Shown here: positions 29,365-39,102 of the stretch, piece by piece | Numbering within the stretch: position 1 is the first letter of the stretch | Layout: each line of letters opens with the position of its first letter | Assembly (NCBI GenBank): GCA_963663475.2 | Contig: CAXXJV010000001.1 | Location: 2,368,001 to 2,432,000 of the forward strand | From: Candidatus Cloacimonadales bacterium | Lineage (GTDB): Bacteria; Cloacimonadota; Cloacimonadia; Cloacimonadales; JAFGVF01 | Direction of reading: 5' to 3' | DNA: 64,000 nt | Notes under the pieces: model-generated | What the model was told of the DNA's origin: nothing | Databases searched by the model: none | The model's input: only the letters and a program-made list of their open reading frames with translations | Made by a program: the position numbers and the translations under genes

Positions 29365-30585
29365 TTATGTGTTAACTATTCTTCCATTAATATAAACTTC
29401 CTCAATCGCAGAAGCTCCCTCAACAAAAATCAATTGTGACAGTATCTCTTGGGCTGTCTGATCAGGATTAACATTCATAATCAAAAAATCAGCAGACTTT
29501 CCAATCTCTATTGATCCAATTATATCTTCTTTAGAAAGCACTCGAGCAGAACCTAAGGTTGCTAAATAAAAAGCTTCTTCCACTTCTAAAGAATAATTCA
29601 TTTGCATATAGTTAGCCATTTTCATATGATAAAACATATCTAGACAAGTTCCTCCAGCCACATCCGAACCTAAACCAATAGTAAGATTACTGTCAATTAA
29701 TTTTTTATAGGGGAAGGGCCCAGACTTTAAAAAGAAGTTAGAATCAGGACAATGAGCTAGTTTTGTCTTAGTCTTTTCTAACAAAGCAATTTCACTATTT
29801 TCTAAATGAATTGTATGGGCCATAATTGTCTTAGGACCTAAAATGTTAGCTCTATTATAGACATCAGTATAGGATTTTGCTTGAGGGAAAAGCTTTTTCA
29901 CTAAAGCTATTTCATTCTTATTCTCAGAAAGATGGGTTTGAATATAATGGTCATTTTTTTGAGCATAATTACCAATCATTGACATCAAGTTATGACTGCA
30001 TACAGGGGCAAATCTAGGAGTAAAAATATAATCTAAGAGGGGTTTTTTATCCCATTGCTGACAGAGTTCAACAGATTCATCAAAAGACTTTTGGCTATCT
30101 TCTAATAAGTCTTGGGGAGAATTTTGGTCCATACAGACCTTGCCTATCAAGGCACGATAGTTCAATCTTTGAGCTTCTTCAAAAGCAATATTTGTTGCTT
30201 CTTGAGAAACACTTACATAAATTGAGGCACAAGTTGTTCCAGTCTTAATTAAATTCTTAAAAAAATCATTAGCAACTTGTCTAGCATAAAATTTATCATT
30301 GAATTTTGCTTCTTCTGGAAAAGTATAGCTACTTAACCAGTCTAGCAAATCACTCTTGTACCTTCCTCTGATTTTCCATTGGGACAGATGAACATGGGTA
30401 TCAATTAAACCAGGAATGACCAGCTTATCCCTCTTATCTATGATTGATTTGTTGGTTATATCAAAGTCTGTAACTGCTTGTATATTATTAATTTTACTAT
30501 TATCAATTGTTAAAATTACGTCTTTTAAATATTCTACTTCTGTCCTAGAAACTGGATTGAGTATGTTACATCTGATATATTCCAT
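29365..30585 (-). CDS. guaD: Guanine deaminase
   Basis: PGLIDTHVHLSQ, LLDWL..YTFPEE, GKVCMD, TPRFAP, QTHLSEN, HCPDSN..L.SG, GLGSDVAGG. Confidence 0.93.
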   Translation of the reverse strand: MEYIRCNILNPVSRTEVEYLKDVILTIDNSKINNIQAVTDFDITNKSIIDKRDKLVIPGLIDTHVHLSQWKIRGRYKSDLLDWLSSYTFPEEAKFNDKFYARQVANDFFKNLIKTGTTCASIYVSVSQEATNIAFEEAQRLNYRALIGKVCMDQNSPQDLLEDSQKSFDESVELCQQWDKKPLLDYIFTPRFAPVCSHNLMSMIGNYAQKNDHYIQTHLSENKNEIALVKKLFPQAKSYTDVYNRANILGPKTIMAHTIHLENSEIALLEKTKTKLAHCPDSNFFLKSGPFPYKKLIDSNLTIGLGSDVAGGTCLDMFYHMKMANYMQMNYSLEVEEAFYLATLGSARVLSKEDIIGSIEIGKSADFLIMNVNPDQTAQEILSQLIFVEGASAIEEVYINGRIVNT

Positions 30586-30794
30586 ATTTTCCTTCCTTTA
30601 GTCAATCATTCCATTTTTAGGATCATTTAGAATTATGTAAAGTTTTTTTTTGTTTGAACAATGATTTATTACCGAGGAAACTCTTCAACCATCAAGCCAC
30701 CCTCCCCTCTAGCATATCCAAAAAGAACTATACTATAAAGCTGGATAAAATTGGAGAGATGATTTTTACTAAAGGGAGGCAAATAATTAAGATG

Positions 30795-30825
30795 AAAAAA
30801 AAGAGCCTTGCTAGCAAGGCTCTTT
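30795..30825 (-). terminator. Intrinsic terminator of serC
   Basis: Palindrome aaagagccttgctagcaaggctcttt (30800-30825) with a T8 tract on the minus strand. Confidence 0.85.
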
Positions 30826-30849
30826 AACATATATTTCTTAAGCTAATAC

Positions 30850-31938
30850 TTATTGATTATCAGCTTGGAATTTTTTCATAAACTCACCTAAAGCTTTTGC
30901 ACTTTCAAGTGGACATGAGTTATAAACAGATGCACGACAGCCACCAACAGATCTATGACCTTTAAGACCAATCATACCATTAGCTTTAGCTTCAGCGATA
31001 AATTTCTTTTCCAGTTCTTCACTAGCTAATCTGAAAGGAATATTCATAAGAGATCTATCTTCTTTAACAACAGTTCCTTTATAGAAACCATTAGAATTAT
31101 CAATAGCATCATAAATGTAGTTTGCTTTTTTAACATTATGAGCATGAAGTTTATCTAAGCCACCAAAATTATCGATCCATTTTAGTACTTCACCAACAAC
31201 ATAAATATTAAATGCTGGAGGAGTATTAAACATAGAATCTTTATCAATATGAGTTTTATAGTCTAACATAGTTGGAAGATTTTTATTCATTTGATCGATA
31301 ATAGATTTTCTAATGGCAACAAGTGTAACACCTGCTGGACCAACGTTCTTTTGAGCACCGGCATAGATTAAGTCATATTTCTTGAAATCATAAGGTCTGC
31401 TTAAGAAGTTTGAAGACATATCAGCAACTAATTTAACACCTTCAGGAACTTGAGGAGTCTCTGCATATTCAGTACCACGAATAGTATTATTTGTAGTAAT
31501 ATGTAAGAAGGCAGGATTTTCAGAAAGCTTAAATTCTTTTGGAATATAAGTAAAATCTTTGTCTTCTGAAGAAGCAGCTATGTGCATGCCTTTTCCAATT
31601 TTCTTAGCTTCTTTTAAAGCTTTTGTAGCCCAAGTACCTGTATTGATATAATTTCCTTCTTGACCTTCACCAATAAGATTCATAGCAACCATTAAGAATT
31701 GAGTTGAAGCTCCGCCACCAAGAAATAGAATTTCATAGTCATCACCTAAATCCATAACTTTCTTAGCATTTGCCATTGCATCATCAATGATTTGTTGATA
31801 TTCAGCAGAACGATGTGACATTTCCATCACTGAAAGTCCATAACCTTTATAGCTAATTAAGTTAGCTTGAACATCTTTTAATACTTCCACTGGTAATACT
31901 GATGGACCAGCGTTAAAATTGTGAATTCTGTTTTCCAT
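30850..31938 (-). CDS. serC: Phosphoserine aminotransferase
   Basis: HNFNAGPS, MEMSHRS, DMSS, YAGAQKNVGPAG, FNTPP, KGHRSVGG.RAS.YN; ATG 31938 with GGAG RBS. Confidence 0.97.
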   Translation of the reverse strand: MENRIHNFNAGPSVLPVEVLKDVQANLISYKGYGLSVMEMSHRSAEYQQIIDDAMANAKKVMDLGDDYEILFLGGGASTQFLMVAMNLIGEGQEGNYINTGTWATKALKEAKKIGKGMHIAASSEDKDFTYIPKEFKLSENPAFLHITTNNTIRGTEYAETPQVPEGVKLVADMSSNFLSRPYDFKKYDLIYAGAQKNVGPAGVTLVAIRKSIIDQMNKNLPTMLDYKTHIDKDSMFNTPPAFNIYVVGEVLKWIDNFGGLDKLHAHNVKKANYIYDAIDNSNGFYKGTVVKEDRSLMNIPFRLASEELEKKFIAEAKANGMIGLKGHRSVGGCRASVYNSCPLESAKALGEFMKKFQADNQ

Positions 31939-31969
31939 ATTAAAACTCCGTAATTTTATTTTTGATACC

Positions 31970-31998
31970 AAAATATAAATTGCTGATTTCTTTGGCAA
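31970..31998 (-). promoter_or_regulatory. Putative promoter of serC
   Basis: Minus strand TTGCCA, 17 bp, TATTTT. Confidence 0.35.
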
Positions 31999-32151
31999 GG
32001 AAATTTATTAATTATTGAGACTTATTAGTTGATTTTTTATTAGAAGTCTAGTTATTAATTTTTTAAGTAGGCAAATAACACTTATTCTGACCTTATAAAT
32101 TGTTAATTAAATGCACTAATTATAAGCATTTTTTATTAAGATTTGCTCTTT

Positions 32152-32231
32152 TCTCGCTTATACCATCATTTACCCTTCCTTTACGGTCTTTCGATGAAAG
32201 TCCGCTTTTCATCGAAAGACTGTAAAGGAAG
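32152..32231. repeat. REP/MITE-like long palindrome (copy B)
   Basis: Arms 32175-32199 and 32207-32231 (25 bp, one G-T pair), 7-nt loop gtccgct; homologous to 52256-52346. Confidence 0.85.
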
Positions 32232-32783
32232 TATTAATCATCTAATAGTCTTTCTAACAATTGAAACTTTTAAATAGAGATATTGGGCAAGTAGCAATTG
32301 GATTATTCTTCATGCTTCAATTTCTAGTGTTTAACTAAAAAAATAATCTAGAAGTTTTTGCACAGATAGGAGAAATAATCCAGGGAAAGCTAGTGAAGTA
32401 TGAATAAGCTTTTGCTCAAGGCACTTTTTTAACATTTCTCCCTATATTATTATTTTTCAGTGTTTTAAAAACTTCTTTATTAGATCATATTGGCTATTTA
32501 AAAGGGTAAATTTAAAAAATATATGGACAAAATAGTTAATAAAAGACATTTGAAAAGAAAGAAAAAACTTTGCTCTACCGAACCTAATTATTTTGAAATT
32601 AATCTTATAGGCTGATATTTGAGATGAGATACTTTAAAGGTGTTACTCTATAAAGTGCTTTTTCTCTATATTAATGCCTATTTAGTCAATTGGACTGAAC
32701 ATGAAGATTATGTAATTCCTTTTGATTTGTCTTAAGTTCAGCTGAGCATCTTCAAATATTGTTTAACTTTAAGGATATAAATT

Positions 32784-33377
32784 ATGATAGCAGAATTATT
32801 AAAAGGGAAAAAAGTAGTTTTAGCTTCTGCTTCCCCACGCAGAAAAGAAATTTTTAAGAATATTGGGTTAAATCCACTTCACATTCCTTCTAATGTAGAA
32901 GAAGAGATGCTTGACATTGCCCCCTACAAGTTAGTAATGCAGCATTCAGCTAGTAAGGCTAAAGAAGTTGCTAAGCATCTAGACCATAAATGTATAGTTA
33001 TTGGTGCTGATACAGTTGTCGCCCTAGATGGAAAAATCCTAGGAAAGCCATCTAGTAAGTATCAAGCTTATGATTATTTAGAAAAACTTTCAGGTAAACG
33101 TCATCAAGTTTATACAGGTGTGACTATCTGCTACAAGAAATTAGTTAAAACTTTTTATGAAAAAACTTCTGTTGATTTTGACGACTTATCTCATTTCGAT
33201 ATCGAAAATTATATAGAAACAGGTGAAAGCTTTGATAAAGCAGGGGCTTATGGCATTCAGGGATACGGGAGTCAATTTATTAAAAAAATAAGTGGCTGTT
33301 ATTTTAATGTAATGGGCTTTCCAGCTAATAGATTTTATCGTGAAATTAAGAAAATCATGCAAAAAGAGGTCAAATAA
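32784..33377 (+). CDS. maf: Maf family nucleoside triphosphate pyrophosphatase (YhdE-type)
   Basis: LASASPRR, IGADTVV, LGKP, DKAGAYGIQG, NVMGFP. Confidence 0.95.
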   Translation: MIAELLKGKKVVLASASPRRKEIFKNIGLNPLHIPSNVEEEMLDIAPYKLVMQHSASKAKEVAKHLDHKCIVIGADTVVALDGKILGKPSSKYQAYDYLEKLSGKRHQVYTGVTICYKKLVKTFYEKTSVDFDDLSHFDIENYIETGESFDKAGAYGIQGYGSQFIKKISGCYFNVMGFPANRFYREIKKIMQKEVK

Positions 33378-34852
33378 TGAAACTCTATTACAATGCTAAA
33401 TTTTATTCTATGGATTCTACTAAGCAAATTTATCAGGCTATCTTAGTTGAAGATGGACGGATAAAAGAATGTTTTGCTAGCAAACCTAAAATCTCTAGTC
33501 CGGAATATATTGATCTTAAGGGAGCTACAGTTTTTCCAGGTTTCACAGATTCTCATACCCATTCTTTTGAAGGTGGACTTTATAGCATGGGTGCTGATCT
33601 TCAAAAGGCAACTTCTCTAGCTGAAGTATTTGAACTTATTGATAACTCTCCGCTTATAGGTAATTATAAGTTTGCTTTTGGTTTAGATGAGAATCAACTC
33701 CAGGAAAAAAGATTTCCTAGTCTGCAAGAATTAGATAAAATAGTTCCTAATAACCCTCTTCTACTCAGAAGAATAGATGGGCATTCCTGTATAATAAATA
33801 GTCAAGCCTTATCTATTATCAAGTTTCCTCATGATTTACCTAGCAAATTTAATGGTTTACTGAAAAAAGAGGATAATGATATTGCAGCCCATACCTTTCA
33901 TAACACCCTAACAGATGATGCTATAATTGCAGCTTACCAAGCAGCTGATAAGTTAGCTATTAAAGCAGGTCTTACTTGTGTTCACACTATGATTGGAGAT
34001 GCTCAATATTCTTATAATCACTTTCCTCTAATTCAAGATAATCTGGCTAGATTTACAACTCAATTTATTTTATACCCTCAATTCTTTGATGTAGATAAAG
34101 CTTTAGATAGATCTTCTAAAAGAATAGGAGGCTGTATATTAGCTGATGGATCTTTCGGCTCTCATACCGCTGGTCTTACTAAAGCCTATCAAGACCAAAA
34201 TGACAATTATGGTTCATTGTACCAGACTGATGAATTTTGGGAAAGCTTTATTTGGGATGCACACAAGAAAGACCTGCAAGTTGGAGTTCATTGTATTGGT
34301 GATGCAGCAATAAGTCAAATTGTTAATGCATATGTCAAAGCCCAAAAAAGAGCTGAAAAAGACCTTAGACATCAAATAATCCATAATGAATTAATGAGTG
34401 ATGAGTCTTTACAACTTATGAAAGACTATAATATTTCAGCAGTAATGCAACCTATGTTTGATCATTTATGGGGCGGACCTGATAATTTTTATTCTCAAGT
34501 TTTAGGATTAGAAAGAAGTATGCAAACTAACAGATTCAAAACTATACTTGACAAAGGGGTTTTGTTAGCAGGTTCTTCTGACTGGTACATAACTAGTCTT
34601 AACATCTTAGACCAGTTACAAGCTGCTATATCTCATCATAATCCCCAAGAAAAACTTTCTCTTGAACAAGCAATCCAAATTTACACAAGAAATGCTAGCA
34701 GACTTGTAGGTAATGATTCTGAAGGATTTCTCAAAGTTGGTAATTTAGCCAATATGACTGTTTTAGAAAATGACCCCTTCACTAAAGGTAATTTCTTAGA
34801 CAATTCCATCTTAGCAGTCATCTCCCAAGGGGAGCTTATTCATGTTTATTAA
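33377..34852 (+). CDS. Amidohydrolase family 3 (YtcJ-like)
   Basis: PGFTDSHTH, RIDGH, ADGSFGSHTA, HCIGDAA, GSSDW. Confidence 0.88.
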   Translation: MKLYYNAKFYSMDSTKQIYQAILVEDGRIKECFASKPKISSPEYIDLKGATVFPGFTDSHTHSFEGGLYSMGADLQKATSLAEVFELIDNSPLIGNYKFAFGLDENQLQEKRFPSLQELDKIVPNNPLLLRRIDGHSCIINSQALSIIKFPHDLPSKFNGLLKKEDNDIAAHTFHNTLTDDAIIAAYQAADKLAIKAGLTCVHTMIGDAQYSYNHFPLIQDNLARFTTQFILYPQFFDVDKALDRSSKRIGGCILADGSFGSHTAGLTKAYQDQNDNYGSLYQTDEFWESFIWDAHKKDLQVGVHCIGDAAISQIVNAYVKAQKRAEKDLRHQIIHNELMSDESLQLMKDYNISAVMQPMFDHLWGGPDNFYSQVLGLERSMQTNRFKTILDKGVLLAGSSDWYITSLNILDQLQAAISHHNPQEKLSLEQAIQIYTRNASRLVGNDSEGFLKVGNLANMTVLENDPFTKGNFLDNSILAVISQGELIHVY

Positions 34853-35339
34853 ACGAAGAGCAAAGTTCTTAATAGAGCAAGAGTTAGATCTTTTTCCTAA
34901 AGCTACTTTAACTGACTTTTATAAGCTCTTTTATCAAAACTGCTGCGGTAGTCAACATTATCTGCAAGATCTAAATTTTATAAAAAACAGAATTCTTTCA
35001 GAAATTCAGGATATTGAGGAAAAATGTTTTATCTATCCTACTTATGATATTTCTTATCGTTTGAAGGTTAGCAGAATTAGTCTATACTCTATTAAAGTTG
35101 GAAAATATGATATTAGTTTCATAGCTGATGCCTTTTATAAATTAGCAATTGACCCTAATAGATTGACATGTCAAGCTTGGTTAGCCGAATGGGAAAAAAT
35201 TCAAGAACTTATTTTCAATTTAAAACCAGCTATTTTTGATGATTTAACAAGCAAGGATATTTCGCAAGGTCAAGCTCTTCATCATAGTGATATTTATAGA
35301 CTGAATTATCATCCTCATTACAGAATTTGTTCAATTTAG
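34842..35339 (+). CDS. Conserved hypothetical protein
   Basis: Overlaps the upstream gene; motif-like DFYKLFYQ and HHSDIYRLNYHPHYRI. Confidence 0.7.
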   Translation: MFIKRRAKFLIEQELDLFPKATLTDFYKLFYQNCCGSQHYLQDLNFIKNRILSEIQDIEEKCFIYPTYDISYRLKVSRISLYSIKVGKYDISFIADAFYKLAIDPNRLTCQAWLAEWEKIQELIFNLKPAIFDDLTSKDISQGQALHHSDIYRLNYHPHYRICSI

Positions 35340-35343
35340 ATTT

Positions 35344-36243
35344 ATGAGATTAGAAGAACATATAAATTTACTATCTCAAAATTGGAAGAAAAAATACAGG
35401 TGTAAGGTGATGAAAGTTGGACTTAGTCTTGGACTTGTCTGCCCTAATCGGGCCAAGGGATCTTGCATATTCTGCCTACCATCTACCTTTACTGATGCAA
35501 TTAATGATGGCAAGGATATTTCTTTAGAAGAGCAGATAAACCATTTGATACCTAAAATTCAAGGTAATACTAAGGCTAAAAAATTTATAGCTTACCTACA
35601 AGATGAAACTTCTACAGCTTGTTCTCCATCTTTCTTAAAAGATTCACTTGTTAAAATTATAAAAAGCAATATATTTGAAGAAGTGATTATCTCTACCCGT
35701 CCAGATTATCTAAATCATGATATTTTAACAGCTATTAAGAGTGTTGATCTTCCTGTTACTATTGAACTAGGAATGCAAACAATTCATGATGAATCGCTTA
35801 AATGGTTAAATAGAAATCATGAGCACCAGGATAGTATTAAGGCTATTAAACTTTGTGAAGAGTATAATATTCCTCTGGGTATTCACCTAATTTTAGGAAT
35901 TCCTAGTGAAGACAAGTCTATGATTCTGGAAACTATCGATTTCATCAACAAGTATAAAATCATAAAAGATGTCAAATTTCATAACTTAGTAATTTTTGCT
36001 GGGACAAGATTAGCCCAAATTTACTCTGAAGATAAAATCATTAAGTACACAGATTACCTAAACTTACTTGCATTAGTACTTGGTAATCTTTCACCTGAGA
36101 AAACTGTTTCTCGCTTATTCACGTCTAACCTCAGAAGGGACTTAATAGCCATACACCCCTTCCCAGGTATTAAACAAATTTGGCTAAAAGATTTATGGCA
36201 CATTCTTAAGATGAAAAATATTTATCAAGGATCTTTGCTGTAA
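35344..36243 (+). CDS. Radical SAM protein, YhcC/TIGR01212-like
   Basis: CPNR...CIFC, STRPD, IELGMQT, NRNH, HLILG.P.E, VKFHNL. Confidence 0.85.
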   Translation: MRLEEHINLLSQNWKKKYRCKVMKVGLSLGLVCPNRAKGSCIFCLPSTFTDAINDGKDISLEEQINHLIPKIQGNTKAKKFIAYLQDETSTACSPSFLKDSLVKIIKSNIFEEVIISTRPDYLNHDILTAIKSVDLPVTIELGMQTIHDESLKWLNRNHEHQDSIKAIKLCEEYNIPLGIHLILGIPSEDKSMILETIDFINKYKIIKDVKFHNLVIFAGTRLAQIYSEDKIIKYTDYLNLLALVLGNLSPEKTVSRLFTSNLRRDLIAIHPFPGIKQIWLKDLWHILKMKNIYQGSLL

Positions 36244-36309
36244 GAACTTTCGTAAAGTCTTAAATGATAGTTAACTGCAAGCCATATTAAAATATAGTAA
36301 ATAAAATTC

Positions 36310-36338
36310 TTTACAAATTTAAGAATATCTTATATAAT
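36310..36338 (+). promoter_or_regulatory. Near-consensus sigma70 promoter for the HhH-barrel/porin/nucleotidase unit
   Basis: TTTACA (36310-36315), 17 bp, TATAAT (36333-36338), 37 bp before ATG 36376. Confidence 0.65.
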
Positions 36339-36375
36339 GTTATATAAATATGAAAATAATATAATAGGGTACCAT

Positions 36376-39090
36376 ATGAAAAAAATATTGATCGTATTAT
36401 TAGTGATATTTGCTTGGTCGTTCGCACAAGCTCTTATCGATTTAAACACAGCGACACTGGAAGAATTAAAAACTCTTCCTATCACTGAAAAACAAGCTCA
36501 AGATATTTTTGAGTATCGTGAATTTGTTTCTTTCTTTGGGAGTATTTTTGATCTAAGAAAGATTGATTCTATTGATCAAAAAACTATGCTTAGAATCAGA
36601 GAGCAAGTAAAAATCTCACGCTATACTGATACTGACGAAGTTGATGAAAGAAGAGAAGAGATTGGCTATTTGCTTGAGCGACTAGGCGAAAGTGAAGGTT
36701 CTTCAGAAGGCATGAATGATGTTTGGCAAGACTATTTAATGTCTCCCCAAAATATCAATGATATGCTCTATGAAGACTTAATTTCTATTCCTAACGTATC
36801 AGCTGTTGATGCTGTTTCTATCCTTAAGAAACGCAAGAACGGCGATAGATTTGGTAATATTCGTGATATTAGAACCACCCAAGGCATGTCCTATTATGGC
36901 TACTCTAATCTTAGAAGATATGTTTTCTTTGATGATGCAAAAGCTTTAAACAGGGTTTATCTTGATTACCAGTTTAAAATGGAATCTCAAGACTTTGAAG
37001 AAGGTTCAACCGATATGTATAAAGAACCTCAGATCAGAGATACCTACAATGTAGATTATGATGATTTACCAGCAATCTATAACGAAATAAGAAAAAGAGA
37101 TAACTCTTATTATGGTTATTTCAACTTAGATAAATATAATCCAGCTGTTTCTCATAAATTCAGAGCCCGTTATGGTAATAAATATAAATTTGGCTTAATG
37201 GATTTCTCAGATAAAACAATCGACCCTACAATTGATAAGGGTTGGACAAATCTAAGAGATGATGCTAAGTACTACGCTGGTTATGAAGATAAATTCAAAG
37301 CTTATAATGGCTTTGGAGGATCTTACTTTGTAAAAGCTTATGCAGGACATTACAGAGTTACTTATGGTGAAGGCCTTACAATGGAAAATACAGACTACTA
37401 TTCACCACGTAAGACAGGCTTAGGCTTTTCAAAAAGAATCATGGGTATTACTCCAGACTTATCAAAAAGCCAATCAACCGCTCTCAGAGGTGGCGCTGTA
37501 GAAGTTAAAAATGACTACTTTACCTCTTCGTTCTTCTATTCAAAAGCTAAAAAAGATGCTCTTGTTTACATGGAAAAATATGTTGATCAAAATGGTAAAA
37601 CTTGGTCTGTACCTGTTAAAGATGAAAATGGTAATTATCAAGTTTTATCTTACATAAACTCTACCATAAGATTTGATAATGATGACCTAGCTGATGCTGA
37701 GGCCCACTTCAATGAAGAACTAGGTATTCAAGAAGAACAGCATACTGGTGATTTTGCAGGTTATGATGTTGATTATATGAGCTTAGCTCCAAGAAAGAAT
37801 ATCATTAATGAACAAATCATCGGTGGTCATGTTCAATACAATCCAATCATTGGTACCCGTTTAGGTTTTACTACCTATACCGCTACTTACGATAATGCCG
37901 AGTTTGTTGTTCCTGAAAGTGATGATTTAATGCGTCTTTTGATCCGTAATAACAATAACTACAATAAGTGGAAACAACCTAATTCTTCTTTAGCAGCTAT
38001 GTACTCAACTAAAACTGATAAATATGATCGTGACTATAGACGAGTTATCGGTTTCGATGGTGGTACTGTTATTAATAATGTATCAATCGATGGTGAATAT
38101 GCTGAACTTAGTGTTGATGGTGACGATATGAAACTAGGTGATGATCCTAAAGCTTATCTGATTAAAGCCCATACTCAATATAATAATTTCTATTTCTTAA
38201 CCCTTTATAGAAATTATGATTTGGACTTCGATAACCCATACTCTAATGCCTTTGCAGAACAACCTAAATACGATGATACAGTTCTTGATAAAAACATCTA
38301 TGCCCTTGTTAACCCTCTTGTTTCTGATGTTTATCAAAACTCATCTCAAGCTCAAGCTGAAAAAGGTGTTTATTTTGAAACACGTTATCAATTCCATAGA
38401 AACTTTATTCTTGGCAGAACTTACCTTGATATCTTTGAAAGAGTTGCTGATAGTAGAAACACTGTAAGATTCCAAAGTGAATTAGAATACAGAGCCTTCC
38501 ATCAACTTCGCTTTAAATTAAAATATAAGAATCAAGTTAACAGATATGCAGACGATGCTGAAAGAGGTGTTTCTAATACTCAAGAGTATACTCTAAATGC
38601 TCGTATGCTAATGTCTAACAGAAATTTCTTTGAGATTGAATATCGCTATAATACTGTTAAATCTCCCCCATACGTATCTTTAACAAACCCTGTTGAAGAA
38701 GGAGATAATTCTTACGCCCAATCTATGTCCTATATGAATGGAGATTATATTGCAGCAAACTATACCCACTATTTTAGTCCAAAACTTAAAGTCAAAGGTT
38801 CAGTTTGTTTCTGGAATGGTTATGACATCTCTCATTGGGATTGGGAAGATATCGAACTTGATTTCATGGGAGATAGAGGATTTAAGTACTGGTTCTCAGT
38901 CCAAAACAATATTTCCAAAAATATCTACCTAACTTTTAAATACAAAACTAAAATATATAGAACTCAAGAACTCTTCATCAGAAAGTACAATACAACTGAT
39001 GATCCAGGATTCCAAGAGATGCCAACCTACTATGATAGAGTTGAAAAGAAAGATAACACATTTAGATTACAAATTGATTATAGATTTTAA
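36376..39090 (+). CDS. Outer-membrane beta-barrel protein with two ComEA-like helix-hairpin-helix modules
   Basis: Signal peptide MKKILIVLLVIFAWSFAQA; IDLNTATLEELKTLP...FGSIFDLRKI and NINDMLYEDLISIPNVS...FGNIRDI HhH modules; long beta-strand region; C-terminal FRLQIDYRF. Confidence 0.8.
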   Translation: MKKILIVLLVIFAWSFAQALIDLNTATLEELKTLPITEKQAQDIFEYREFVSFFGSIFDLRKIDSIDQKTMLRIREQVKISRYTDTDEVDERREEIGYLLERLGESEGSSEGMNDVWQDYLMSPQNINDMLYEDLISIPNVSAVDAVSILKKRKNGDRFGNIRDIRTTQGMSYYGYSNLRRYVFFDDAKALNRVYLDYQFKMESQDFEEGSTDMYKEPQIRDTYNVDYDDLPAIYNEIRKRDNSYYGYFNLDKYNPAVSHKFRARYGNKYKFGLMDFSDKTIDPTIDKGWTNLRDDAKYYAGYEDKFKAYNGFGGSYFVKAYAGHYRVTYGEGLTMENTDYYSPRKTGLGFSKRIMGITPDLSKSQSTALRGGAVEVKNDYFTSSFFYSKAKKDALVYMEKYVDQNGKTWSVPVKDENGNYQVLSYINSTIRFDNDDLADAEAHFNEELGIQEEQHTGDFAGYDVDYMSLAPRKNIINEQIIGGHVQYNPIIGTRLGFTTYTATYDNAEFVVPESDDLMRLLIRNNNNYNKWKQPNSSLAAMYSTKTDKYDRDYRRVIGFDGGTVINNVSIDGEYAELSVDGDDMKLGDDPKAYLIKAHTQYNNFYFLTLYRNYDLDFDNPYSNAFAEQPKYDDTVLDKNIYALVNPLVSDVYQNSSQAQAEKGVYFETRYQFHRNFILGRTYLDIFERVADSRNTVRFQSELEYRAFHQLRFKLKYKNQVNRYADDAERGVSNTQEYTLNARMLMSNRNFFEIEYRYNTVKSPPYVSLTNPVEEGDNSYAQSMSYMNGDYIAANYTHYFSPKLKVKGSVCFWNGYDISHWDWEDIELDFMGDRGFKYWFSVQNNISKNIYLTFKYKTKIYRTQELFIRKYNTTDDPGFQEMPTYYDRVEKKDNTFRLQIDYRF

Positions 39091-39102
39091 TTGGAGGATT
39101 TA

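Noticed and set aside
10521-30585. Selenocysteine read-through or frameshifted pseudogenes in the purine cluster
   Set aside because: All ORFs appear full-length for their families and abut each other; no gap requires UGA recoding
30586-30800. Canonical purine riboswitch upstream of guaD
   Set aside because: The conserved TATGG...GTTTCTAC...CCGTAAA core is absent on the minus strand
32523-32615. 30-codon ORF MDKIVNKRHLKRKKKLCSTEPNYFEINLIG
   Set aside because: No clear RBS or motif; expected by chance in AT-rich DNA
31939-32783. Strand switch with a long AT-rich gap as a possible replication origin
   Set aside because: No TTATCCACA-like DnaA box cluster seen and no dnaA/dnaN/gidA nearby; explained as a divergent promoter region containing a repeat
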